DNA from: Podarcis erhardii
Lineage: Eukaryota
DNA: 64,000 nt
Reading direction: 5' to 3' (one strand)
Assembly: GCA_964252035.1 (NCBI GenBank)
Contig: OZ176207.1
Part shown: piece after piece, positions 47,216 through 59,207 of the stretch
Position numbering within the stretch: the first letter of the stretch is position 1
How the letters are laid out: every line of letters begins with the position of its first letter
Position numbers and translations under genes: made by a program
Notes under the pieces: generated by a model
The model's database searches: none
What the model was told of the DNA's origin: nothing
Seen by the model: only the letters and a program-made list of their open reading frames with translations

Positions 47216-47902
47216 ACTAGAACTAGAATGTTACACTTGACTCCGTAGCTAACTGGCAGCTACCAAAATGAGACAAGATCACACATATGTTTCATCTGAG
47301 TGCAATATAGAGTTCATGTTGTTAGAGATAGTCTGAAAAAGGTTAAGAAACTATGGTGGCTGAATGTTAATGAATATATAGCATGCCTACACTTCTACTG
47401 ACTTTATATAAACATATTTCATAAAGTAGCTGAATGGTAAATCAACATCTTCCATTGTTCTTCTTAGATCTAGATTTTTAAGATTCCATTTTAGATATAG
47501 ATCTCTTATCATATAAAGCAGATAATATGAGAGAAAAGCCAACATATTTGACTATGTCCTACAAAAATGAACAACTTACTGTGGAAATAGTTTTATATTC
47601 CAAGACCTTCCTGCAGCTCTCCTGACATCCAGAACAGTATTAACATGTTGGACTGCTCAAATCCACACTGAGGATAGCCATACTGTTCAGTTCTTCCCAT
47701 TTTTCATCTCAGAACTGACTGGGAACAAGGACCACAACTGGGGCTTCTCCATTACAGAGACGCTTAGCTAAACTGGCAAAGTTAGTTTCCTATATGTGGT
47801 TTTAAGGGAAAACGATTCGGTCAGTTCCAACTCCCATCCTTGAGATTTTCTCTGACTGGTGGAGTTCAAACAGTCTGCAGCAATTCATGAACCTTCCCTT
47901 AC

Positions 47903-48069
47903 CCATGACGTGTATTCTTTCATTTGGTGCTGGTTGCTATGGGAACCACTGGCATGTCCCCTCCAGAAGCAATCTTGACAGAGCTGGTAATTGTGACACT
48001 GCTGGCATCGATAGCGAAATCCCATCATGCTCTCGCTATGGCAGTAGGAACACTCGACAGGGTGGAAGA
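47903..48069 (-). CDS. DTNA: DTNA coding exon (~exon 8, ZZ zinc finger); 167 nt, phase 1 to 0
   Basis: (V)[55 protein letters not shown] with the ZZ Cys/His ligands intact; acceptor ccccttgtag|TC, donor TGG|gtaagg. Confidence 0.98.
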
Positions 48070-48907
48070 CTACAAGGGGAAATGGATTTAAAAACAAAAC
48101 AAAAGACAATCAGTGCAGTGTTAAAACTGAAGCCACTAACAGGTCTTAGCAACCTGCTTTTGTGTCTGAAGTCATTTTCCACAGCAAATGTTATTCTTAA
48201 GGTTCCTGAAATTTAAAAGCTTCACAGTTTTCTCTGAAGACAAACAAGCACCTGCTACTGTCTAAGAGAAAACCTCTTATAGCAGCAGAAAACCAAAACA
48301 GGAAAATGTGGAAGCGTGGAAGAAAGAATGAGGGGTTGGATTCAACTAACCCAGTGCACTAGCTGAAGCCAGCAGAAGGACTCCCAGTAGCTCAGTGGGG
48401 TTTCCCCCCTCTCTTCCCCACACTACTCCCCCAAATCTGCTTTGGGGAGCCAGGAAAACCTCCATAATAACACATAGAGGGAGTCTTAAGGGAGACTGTT
48501 CTGTCTGGCAATCAGAAATACTGGTGCTGACGGAACAATTGTATTAATGCGGTGTTGAATTCCATCCTAGGACTAGTGTGGATGTGAAGAATCTACTGTG
48601 GTCAACTTGCAAAGGCAGAAGGAGAGATACTAAAGGTAGCAAGCATATCAGTTTATGCTGTGTATGATTTTGCAAGAGGGACAACACTAACTAGGTTTAC
48701 AACTTGCAGCCTGAAACTATGCTGAGTTCAGTATGTCTGAGCACACTTAAATCAATGGACAAGGCAGACAATATCATTAGGAATTGAAATTGGCACCACA
48801 TTCTTAGCCATTCTTCCTTTTCAAGAACAATAACTTTTCCTGGGGAAAACACAATCATTGTGAACCACCTTGATATTCCACATGCCCCTCATCCTTTGAC
48901 TACATAC

Positions 48908-49013
48908 CATTCTCAACATTTGCCAATCGATGCAGAAGTGGTAACCAGACCAGGCATTGCGGTGGAGGATCAGACATGAGAGTGTCCAAAAAAGCATTCA
49001 GTGTGACTTTTTT
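48908..49013 (-). CDS. DTNA: DTNA coding exon (~exon 7); 106 nt, phase 0 to 1
   Basis: [35 protein letters not shown]; acceptor aaacag|AAA, donor G|gtatgt. Confidence 0.97.
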
Positions 49014-49406
49014 CTGTTTACATGAACAAAGCAGAAACAATTTAGCATTGCAAGCTGAAAGGGGAATTTTACTTTCCTCATTGGTCACACACACATGGGT
49101 GAAATAATTAAGCAGATACATTTCAATATCTTAAACAGGGGAGGGGAACTCTTTTCAGCCCAAGAGACGCATTCCTTCCCGGCAACCATCTGAGGCAACC
49201 TTTAAGTGATAGGCAGGATCTGGAGCAAAAGTGAGCAAAGCAACAGATGTAATTTCATCTCTGTACAGTAGGCTAGCTTCTACACATACTTCCACAGCCC
49301 TCTCTGTTCTCCACCCAGACATTATCAGAGGTCAAGGACACAATTAAGGAGTAAAGCGGAGCCAGTGAGGGGTATGGCCCAGGAAGAGTTCTGAGGGACA
49401 CCAAGT

Positions 49407-49554
49407 CATGGGTGTAGCCAGGATTTTTTTTTGGGGGGGCTGGACTTTGTTAGGGGGGCAGAACCAATGTGATTGGTCAGTTAGTTAAGTATTTCTATTG
49501 TTTTACTTGATGGGGGTCAGCTGTCCCCCTTGCCTCCCCCTGGCTACGCCCATG
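49407..49554. mobile_element. hAT MITE (148 bp) nested at the end of an older hAT-like element
   Basis: TIR catgggtgtagccagg / cctggctacgcccatg; 8-bp TSD caccaagt / catcaagt (7/8 match). Confidence 0.85.
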
Positions 49555-50363
49555 CATCAAGTCCATGATGCTACAAGGGGGATTTGCTCTGTTGTAATTC
49601 AAAGGCAAGAAGCTTTGTATGGTAGTTGCTCCAGGCTGTAAACATCTCAGTCAGCTATTTGGGAGCCTTTTGAAAAGGAGTAGGGGAGATCAGGGGCCAC
49701 GTTGTAGTCCTGGAACCATCTTGTAACCACTTGTACTTGTATTTTTTTTTTTTTAATGGCATTACTTGAAAACTTCAAAGGATTTTCCATTTAAATCTGC
49801 ACATAAACACGATGGGCTGGATGTAGTCCTGTGTCCATGTAGAACTGGTAAGGACCAAACCTCAGTGCATACCTAGTCCCAATATTGCTCATCTCTATAA
49901 TACTGAAGGCAATAGTTTATTGGTCTATAAATCTAATATCATTGTTATCATAACCAGTGCTATTTTTCTAGAAAAAGATGTGCCAGAGCTCACCATGAAC
50001 TTCTCCCAGTGGTGCCCACCTGAGAGCTGAGCCCTAATCATATTCCACACTTATGTAGGAGCATTTCGGAAAACAATACAGGGGCCCCTCCTCCTGCTGC
50101 TGCTGCGAACCAATTCATAGCTACCCTACAACATCTTGTTAGTATTTTTTCCAAATCGTATTAGGAGATTGTTCACACGTCTTCCCAAGTCATATCTAAT
50201 TTGGCCCTTAAACAAAATACAGTTCTCTTCTGGTTTACAATTGCCAAAGTGTCCAGTACACAATCTACGGTATAAACAAATAAAAAGCACATAACATTTT
50301 GTCACTGCATATCATTAATGGGAAGGGCAAAAAGGAGGCAGTGAATGTTGCCATTTTATCTAC

Positions 50364-50518
50364 CTGTTGAGAAAAACAGGATTTTGCTGACTGCTCTGTG
50401 TATCCAAAAGAAGGACCTTCAAAGACCGCCGTGGGTAGTTTAAGGACTTCTCGCAGAAACATGTCATATTTACCATAAACCATTACACCGCTAGTGTCTG
50501 AAATCATTGAGAAAATAT
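50364..50518 (-). CDS. DTNA: DTNA coding exon (~exon 6); 155 nt, phase 1 to 0
   Basis: (Y)[51 protein letters not shown]; acceptor ttccatcag|AT, donor CAG|gtagat. Confidence 0.97.
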
Positions 50519-50851
50519 CTGATGGAATAAAGGGGGAAAATATGAAATGGTTTATTTGGTTTAAGCCACTAGTTACAAATCTAACAGTATTTCTTTTCAA
50601 ATGAAAATAATAATTAGAGTTATCCCCTTTTTTATATTGCTAAAGAACGGATACGCCTTTGTCAGGACTCACTAAAGGGAGTAAGCAAGCACTTTTCTAA
50701 TACTCAAAATTCTTTTCCAGTTTTAGAAAAAAAAATGATGCAAATCAGAAAAAAATGGTAATTTAGCATGATAAAAGAGATCCAAAGTACAAAATGCAAA
50801 CTTCTTGAGCCTAGAGCAACTTTCTGCTTCAAGTAATGATAACGGTGACAA

Positions 50852-51195
50852 TTTATTAAATTTTTATACCACCCTTTATCTGAAGATCACTGGGTAGCTT
50901 ACAGTATAAAAATACAAAATACATAACACAACAATAACCTTCCCCTCAACACATTTAAAAGGCCATGGATTGTTTGATCAGTCAAAGGCCTGTGTGAAGA
51001 GGAATGTTCTCACCTGGCACCTAAAGTTATGTAAGGTGCCAGGTGAGCCTCCCTAGGGAGAGCATTCCACAAATAGGGAGCCCATTTTCATGCTGCCACC
51101 CTCTGAACCTCTTGTGGAGGAGGAACATGTAGAAGAGCCTCAAATTACTATCACAGGGTCTGGTTTGGTTCAAATGGGGAGAGGTGGTCCATGAT
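50852..51195 (-). mobile_element. L2 LINE 3' fragment
   Basis: Reverse tail atttattaaatttttataccaccctttatctgaagatc and ORF2-end blocks (gcctccctagggagagcattccac). Confidence 0.7.
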
Positions 51196-51811
51196 CTGGG
51201 AACTGAGTATTTAGATATGGGTGGTTAACCTGTGGCCTACCAGAAATTGTTGGTCTCCAGTTACCATCATCCCTAACCTTTGGTCATGCCAGCTGGGACT
51301 GATGAGAGTTGAAGTCCTACAACACCTGGAGGGCCACAGGTAGTCATCCTTGATTTGGATTATTGGAGAGCTGGGTATTTGTGTGCGCACTTTAAAATAT
51401 TCACTGCATTACAAAGGGTGATTTCACTTCAGACAATAAAGTTGTTTCTGTGCCTCTTGTGTGTTATGTGTTTGGATCTATGAATGGATTAATTTAATCC
51501 ATATTGGTTTTAACTAGGGCTGCAACCTGATTAAAGAAGCTTTAATTGATCAATCTTTCTAATACATATGCATGTTTCCCAAAGATTTTGCTAACTGCTT
51601 TTCTGCTCTTGCTATCGGAGTCAAAGAGCAATTCTTTAAAATTGTTAAATGCTTTACAGATGTTGACTATGCAAAACTTAAACAGAAAACTGCTTGTAGT
51701 AGAAAACACTGTTAGTTCTTTTCAAACTTGGGCCTGGCTGCCAATTCAGTAGTGTCCTGTTGTTTTAGTATAATAGAATCAAAGAACCGTAGAGCTGGAA
51801 GGGACCCCAAG

Positions 51812-52051
51812 AAGAAGAAGAGTTTGTATTTGATATTCCACTTTATCACTCTCCTAAGGAGTCTCAAAGCAGCTAACATTCTCCTTTCCCTTCCTCCCCC
51901 ACAACAAACACTCTGAGTGTGGCTGAGAGACTTCAGAGAAGTATGACTAGCCCAAGGTCACCCAGCAGCTGCATGCGGAGGAGCGGAGATGTGAACCCGG
52001 TTCACCAGATTACGAGTCTACTGCTCTTAACCACTACACCACACTGGCTCT
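51812..52051 (-). mobile_element. Young MIR-derived (CORE) tRNA-SINE with (CTT)n tail, nested in a CR1-tailed element
   Basis: Reverse strand agagccagtgtggtgtagtggttaagag (A box)...gggttc (B box)...CORE...cttcttctt; TSD cccaag (51806-51811, 52055-52060) splits the host gaagggaccccaag|ggtcatctagtcca. Confidence 0.85.
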
Positions 52052-52471
52052 CATCCCAAGGGTCATCTAGTCCAATCCCCAACAATGCAGGAATCTCAGC
52101 ACACAATCTCCCATCTAATTTGAAACCGTACTGGACCCTGCTTAGCTTTGCAAATGTGCTAGCAGTTTTATTGCTGGGGGTCTTTGTACTCTGTATTGTT
52201 TAGTAGAGTAGCTCTTTGGGTCTTTAGTGGTGGTGGGGTGCAAAATATATTTCATTATGAAAACCATGAAAATGTTTCTTTATGCTGGACACTCAACACA
52301 TTTGACCATGCATAAGAGGAATCTTTCAGTACCAGAATTCTGGAAAGAAACCATGAATTGATTCATATCACTATTATCTAAACCAAATTCCGGTTCTATT
52401 CCATATTGAAAGGAAAGGAACAACATTAATTAAACAATTAAACAATTAAACAATAGAGGACAAAGACTTAC

Positions 52472-52557
52472 ATCTCAATTTGTCCATGATCTTTCCTCCA
52501 CAAAGTGTTGCCAAGGCCATTTTGACAGCAAAGACAGACATTTTTCCATGTCCTTCT
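52472..52557 (-). CDS. DTNA: DTNA coding exon (~exon 5); 86 nt, phase 2 to 1
   Basis: Not in ORF track; read by eye as [28 protein letters not shown]; acceptor ctgtatag|A, donor T|gtaagt. Confidence 0.97.
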
Positions 52558-53879
52558 CTATACAGTAACAAGAAAACAAATATGATGACATCAATATGGC
52601 AATATTTTTGCACTGCTGTTGAATTATGCCGTACAAATATTCTTAGGCTTGGAAATTAAAATTTTGCAAACAACCATAAAACGTTTAAAAAGAATACAAG
52701 AGAAAACAAGTTATTTATTGTAGTTCTGATTTGAACAGTGGTTATCTGAGTGTTCTACTGTAAAAACAGTTTAAAAAGATAAAGCTAGAGAAATAAATCA
52801 AATATAACAATTCTAGCACAACACTAAATTCCATCGAAACCAGAACACGAAACATTGCCCAATTTAGTCTGGTCAGGCTCTGGCAGGGAAGAGGGCTCTG
52901 GCCAGCATTTCTCTGCTTCCCCACCCCCCTTCTTTTCCTGGGCAGTTGTGTGTGTTCCGTGAAGATTTCCCCTCGTATTAATCCCAATGGAGAGATTATA
53001 AGTATACCTAATGTACTTTCCCCCCATTATGGGTGTATGTCAGGAGCCTGGAAGGTTTTTTGATCTGGGTGATCCATCCTTAATCTGTCTCCAGAATGGC
53101 TGCTCTTTTGCCATTATCACCACTGCAGCACCACCAGTACAGAGCAGAGGTTTCTGTGATAACAACAAGAGAGGCTTGAGAGAGTAGACCTTTTCCTCCA
53201 GCCTCCACATCTCCCTCTCCGTCGGTAGGGAGAAGATCCACTCTGTCCTATGACTCTTGGGACCATAAGATTCTACCCTAAATGGTATTAAAATGCCATT
53301 AACTGTCAAAACATCATTTTTATGTTGTGAACCGCTCTGATATCTACAGATGGAGGGCAGTATACAGTTATTGTTGTTGCTGTTGCTGTTGTTCTTATGC
53401 CTGGGAATACAACAAAGATGTCTGTCTAGTGCTGAATCAATATTAATGTGGGTCCACAGTAGGCCCCCTAAAATATCCAGCTATGTGTCTACATGCTGAA
53501 TGCAGAAGTGGTAGTGATACAGACAAATTAAAAATGGTCAGTCTTATTTATTTCAGTTGGAGAGAGTTAAGCTTAGTTAAAAGGTGCATAGTTTGGCTTG
53601 ATTGTGCCCTATGCTTGCATCAAACAGGCAAGCAGCATACATATTTTAATTTCAAGTGTTTGCCATTTTAGTTTAACATATAAATAAATGGGAAATCATT
53701 GAATATAATTCAAAATCACAATTATTATCAACGAAGCTGGTCCAAGTAAAACTAACAGTTTTGAAACAAAGCTAAGCGTTTATGCAAACATAGACAGCGA
53801 TCATCCATCTTGTACATACAATACATTAAAAGCTAGTTGGTGGCTACTTGTGGCTTGAAGTACCTGTGTATGTTTAGGC

Positions 53880-54105
53880 AGTAATGTATTCTAGCTGCAG
53901 CAGTCATGTACAGAAAGATATTGAGTGCCTTTTTTGGAATGTCATCACCTATTATCCTTAACAGAAAGGCCTCCAGTCTTTCGGGAAATGTGAGTTTTAG
54001 AATCTTTTTTAATTCTGTGTGAATCATTTCCCAGTACTCTCTAGTGTATTTACATGAACACCACATATGAATCAGGGTTCCCTCCACCTTGTGGCACTTT
54101 TAAAA
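53880..54105 (-). mobile_element. L1-clade LINE ORF2 C-terminal (CCHC zinc-knuckle) fragment
   Basis: KCHKVEGTLIHMWCSCKYTREYWEMIHTELKKILKLTFPERLEAFLL...TAAAR matches the non-mammalian L1 C-x2-C..GT..HMWW.C..W pattern. Confidence 0.8.
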
Positions 54106-54633
54106 AATGTAATAATGGTAAGGAGAAACAACTTTATTGTTTGAAGTCAATGGATTATTTTTTAAAAAATAAATAAATGTGTGACCTATGGCAATTGTAC
54201 AAATTTAATGGGTCCTTCTTCAGTAAGGGGATGAATTGTGAATAGCAGATAAGTAAGTTTTCTCTGTATCCCAAATGGAATAGCATTTTCCATAGCTGAA
54301 TACTTCTGAGAAGAAAAGGTATGAAAGGAATATTTTCCATTTAATTTTTTTTTTTTGCAGTTTGACTTGATAGGTTTGGACACCATATTTCATCTGAGTC
54401 ATTTGTATTCATACATCTCTACCTAGACTCAGCATAAATTCAATTTCCCCATGAAAATATGTATTGACATGGCTTGTGACTAGGTGAGATAAACGGGCAC
54501 CTTGGCATTTAGGTGCCCCTAGGGTCTGGTAATTATCAAAGCTGCTCTGTTGTACAATGAAACTCCTTTATAGTAGTAGTTTTTAAAGTTTTCATGAGTA
54601 AAATATGGCTGCTTAAGAGCAAGTATTCTGCCT

Positions 54634-55263
54634 TGTGACAGCCGCTGGTGAAGATGTTCAGTGAAGGGATCATTGTTCAGTGAAGGGATCATTGTTGTAA
54701 AGCCATAAAGGGGGAGAGAATCTTCAGAGTGTGTTGAAACTAAAGGTGAAATGTTCCAGAAGGCCTAAAATGCCATCTTGGTAGTCAAGATAACTCCAAA
54801 ACGAATTGGTAGTTGTTGCAAGAAGGAGCTTGCAACAGCTCATATATGTTTATATTCACTTGCTTTATTCACTTGCTTTTGTATATACTAATTGGCTTGC
54901 TTTGATGCTGTGCTTATCTGTAGACCCTGGGATGCTGGGCTCTTGGCCCAGAGAGGACAGCTATCTGTAAGCTTTGGATAGTAGCCATCTATGGCCTCAC
55001 CGGTCAGGTGAATTGATGGGCCAAACTGAAGTAGGCTGCTTTGTGTAGAAAGAATGCCTAAACATTTGCTTGGGTGTGGACAAGTAATGGTGACTTCTCA
55101 CTCTTGCAGTGTTTGTCCTGCGTCTGCCAAGGCAGTGAGGCTCTGCTGGCTCTGCTGTGAGTTTACTATTTCTTATAAGCACTAGAATGAATCACTCTGG
55201 TATTTTTGACATCCCTGCACTAAACCACTCCCGCAAGCCCATGGGCTAGTGGAGCAGGGCACA
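54634..55263. mobile_element. Possible solo LTR or other unclassified ~630-bp insertion
   Basis: Begins TGTGACA and ends GGCACA; internal tandem repeats (19 bp x2 at 54655-54692; tattcacttgctt x2); flanks are inverted rather than direct repeats. Confidence 0.4.
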
Positions 55264-58200
55264 GAGGCAGAAAATAAATGAAGAAGTCAACTGCGTTACT
55301 TGTAGAGATGGAGAAAACATTTCTATTTAAATGTTACTCAGTTCTCTACATGAATGAACAACACTCAAAGAACCAACTGTGCCATCAGAGAAATGTATTG
55401 TGGTGCTCATCCAGTCAACAATTGTATATGCAGTTGGGTAGTAGACTGATCAACAACTTCACTTGTCAAAACATGATCACACTGACTTTAACAATCATAA
55501 GAGATGTGCTTATTACATGAACGGGCAGCATTCCTCTGTACTGGCCATGGGCTATTGTAAAGGCATCAGAAGGACTTATGAAGCGAACAGAATAAAGGGC
55601 TGAGAATCCCCTTGTAATTCTCTTTCACGCTGTACTTGTCTGCAAAAGTGAGGAGGTAGGGAAATGCCCTTTGCTCTCCTGCCTCTAACGCATATGAAAC
55701 ATCAGTAAAAGACCTGAGGCCACAGGGTGCTCCAGCTGTCCAATGCCAATAGTACTACTCTATACCATATTAGCTAGAGGCTATCACAAAACAAAATCTA
55801 TAGCATATGACTAAAACCCTGTGCATGCTTTTGCATACTCTATCAGAGCCAATAACACTTCCAAGCTGATTTAACAAAACCTCATCTAGATTTCCCTTTG
55901 GAAATAAGCTGTATTATTCTCCATAAGAGTAGGTGAAAGTTTAAAAATAATGAAGCATGAGCTCCCCCCTTTTATTTGTATTGTATTTATACTATTCTGA
56001 TAATATATTCTGAAAAAACGTATTTTACTGAGCAGAGGAATAGAAGGGTGTGTGGGTGTGTGTGTTTTAATGGCATGAATGCAGCAGATAATCAAAGCTG
56101 CAAGTGGGTTGTAACCAGTAGCAAAAAAGATGAGCAGGTGGCCTCCCCACTCCCTAGCATTACTTAATGTTGCCCTGTCCCATTTATAAATCAGTTTAAT
56201 ATATTTCAGGGCAAAAATAAGGAGTCTGGTTTAAAGGAAGCAAGCAGAAATCCCTGTCTCTCTGCACATGCAATTGGGGTGATTGCTGATAAAAAGAACT
56301 GAGTGACAAGCTGCGTCAGGGAACCAAACTAGATGTGATCAGTAGAAAATGCCTTCATTTGCTCCTCTTGGTAGAAATCAAAGACCCTATACTCTGACCT
56401 CGGAAAAGTCTTCCTTACACACACCTTTGATTTGTGGGCCTTCACCAAATGTATTTCCAATGAGTTCCCTGCAATTATGAGTACAGTTTTTCCATTTAAA
56501 AGATTTCCACCCTGCCTTGCAGCAAAAGACACTTAGATATTTCCTTACAACTTGACTTTAAGGCTCTTGTTAGGATTGCTCATTCTGATTGCTCTGGGAT
56601 AAAATGGCGGCCGCTACTAATTTGCTGGCAGCCCATTGGGATAATATGATTAACATGATGACATTACAATGTCATATAACTAAGTATATCTATGATGCCA
56701 ATTCACGGTGAGACCAGTGTTTCCTGCTCTCACTGTGAATAGGCTACATGATAACTGTTGTTATTGGCATCCATCTGTCTTGGGAGACAATAGAGGAGTG
56801 TGCATTTGGGGGTAAAGTCAAACCATTGGAGAGTTACAGTGCCTGCTGTGGCTGTAGAGACCAATATGGGGAAGACATGCTTTGTTGCAGACGAAGGCAT
56901 CCAGATGCAGATAACACAGGCAGTCATATTTAGCTAGGGGAGCTGCTTTGCTATATGTAATTCCCTGGGAAGAAGCCCCATTGAACTCAGTGGGGCCTAA
57001 GCATGAGTAGATAGGCACAGGCCTGCACTGTTAATATAACTCAAACCTTCAATCCAAAATTGCTAAGCTACATCTTAAGTAGCAACAAGAATGGAAACTC
57101 TGTTAACATTTCTATGGTCATTCCACTTGACTGAGTCTTTAATATTTTGCCACACCAGGCGACATTAATAAAATGCATTTCCTGCCCAGAGCTCCTGGGA
57201 TTCTTCATCCATCCTATCAGGCTATATGGCTCATTGAGGCTCACATTTAGGATTTCTGATTACCCCTCTATTAATTCAATCACAAATTTCAAGCACTATG
57301 TCAGCATAGTGAGGACAGCTCTGATTTACAGTACTTGAAATGAAAGCAGTTGCTATTTTAGAACAATTTGCATTTTTGGATATACTCCAGGTCCTACAAT
57401 TACCTAGCTACCAAAAGTGTATAGAATAGTTGTTGAGCACATTCTATGTGAGAGCAGTACTGTGTTAACATAGATCACCCCATCATTTAGAAAAGCAGTA
57501 CTTTTTCATTCCTTCCTCTGTGGGATGGTGTTTTGTATGCATCTTCAAAGCCTTGCAGTGCTAAACTCCAGAAACAAAATGGGTATTACGAATGATTTCA
57601 TTTTCACAGTGATGGTTTTGTTGGGAGGGAGGGAGACTTACAGGCAGTGGGCAGCAAAACATGTGCCCAGGCTTTCTCAGTTGGTTTCTTCCCCGTTCTT
57701 GTGAAGAGTCAAGAATTCAGGGTTTACTGTTACTTCTTTTTTAAAAAGAGCTTCTGCCTTGTTGTGGAATCTTTTCCAAACACTGAAGGCCACAGTTTCA
57801 CAGCCTACTGACAATTTCTCCTTGGAGAGGGCAGGAGAGCTGGTTGGATACAGGCACACAGTGCCTCTGCTACTTTGTCAGGTGGAACGGTTGCTCCCTC
57901 CCACCTCACCCCAGGTGTTGCCATGGTGACTAAGCTGTACCAGTTGATCTGACTCTGGAAGGTACACAATGCCAAGCAAGAACTCCATCAAGTGTGTGCT
58001 GGGGAGAAGGGCAAGAGGGGGGTGGGTAGGCAAGCGGGAACACAAGGCAACTTATTTTAATGGTACTTTAATAGTGTGGATTTCCAACCAGTGCATTTTC
58101 ATAATAGAAAACAGTAATGAGGTAATAGATAATTTGCACCTGTCGAAGCACAAAGCTGATCCCAGTCAATCCAGTTTGTAATTTCAGGCTATTCAGATGC

Positions 58201-58672
58201 TTTTAAGAATGCCAATAACATGCTGATGGATCCTATGCTCAATTACCGTAATTTACATATATACACAGAACGCTCATCTGTAACATGACATTAGGGATGT
58301 CTCTTTCCTATAAATTCACATTTGTTTGGTTGTCTCCACCTCCCCATGGCCTTCAAATGCAAGGTTTCAGGCAGTAGTAATAACATGAATTCTATTGCCA
58401 TTTTTTCTGTTGGAATCTCACAGTTTGCTACATTAACAAGGAAAAGGGGGGAAATTGCTCACAGCTGCCTAAGCTTGCAGCAAAAAGAGTTTCCTTCAAA
58501 CAATAAGCCACTAACCCCATGCCACTGCTACAGAATAAACACTGCTGCAGATGTTTCCACCAGCAATAATAATACCCAAAGAATGGAACAATTTTGCATT
58601 TTGAAGTGTTCTGCTTTGGGCCAAACTTGACGTTACATGCACATTACTGCAATGGCCCTTTTGGTAAAGCTG

Positions 58673-58676
58673 TGCA

Positions 58677-58726
<50 letters not shown>

Positions 58727-58737
58727 CGCGCGCGCGC
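58673..58737. repeat. Compound microsatellite (TG)n(AG)n(GC)8
   Basis: Read directly from the sequence; (GC)8 at 58722-58737. Confidence 0.97.
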
Positions 58738-58993
58738 AGACAATGGTGGGGAGGGAAAGATTTAAGCATTCCCTCCAACTCCCACTTCTCCAATCCCTGA
58801 GGCAACAAGGTAATATTGCACACATCTACATGTGTAACATATAGCCTTTATAGTCATAATTAAGAAAGTTCTGAACAACAACAGTAATTCGGGAATTTCA
58901 CTTTGTCCAAGGCCCAGCTCAAACCGATATTTCACTTTGGTACTATTTTTCTGTGGAAAGATTAAAATCAATAATATAAGAAGGAAAACTTAC

Positions 58994-59207
58994 GGATCAA
59001 AAGCTGCCAGCAGGAAGTTGAGTAGTAAGCTGATGGATTGCTCTACGTTGATCTGGTGGGTAGTTGGCATGCGTTTGTTCAGTTGGTAAAAAACTGTGGA
59101 CAGGACAGCTTCAATTCGAGCCACATTCAGTTCTATGTTCGGATCCAGGTTGTTCAATGAATTTTCCCGCAATGCTTCTATTACATTCCAAATATCCACT
59201 AAGTGCA
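58994..59207 (-). CDS. DTNA: Alpha-dystrobrevin coding exon (~exon 4, EF-hand region), first exon in window; 214 nt, phase 1 to 2
   Basis: Encodes (L)[70 protein letters not shown](P), near-identical to vertebrate DTNA; acceptor cctacatag|TG, donor CC|gtaagt. Confidence 0.98.
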
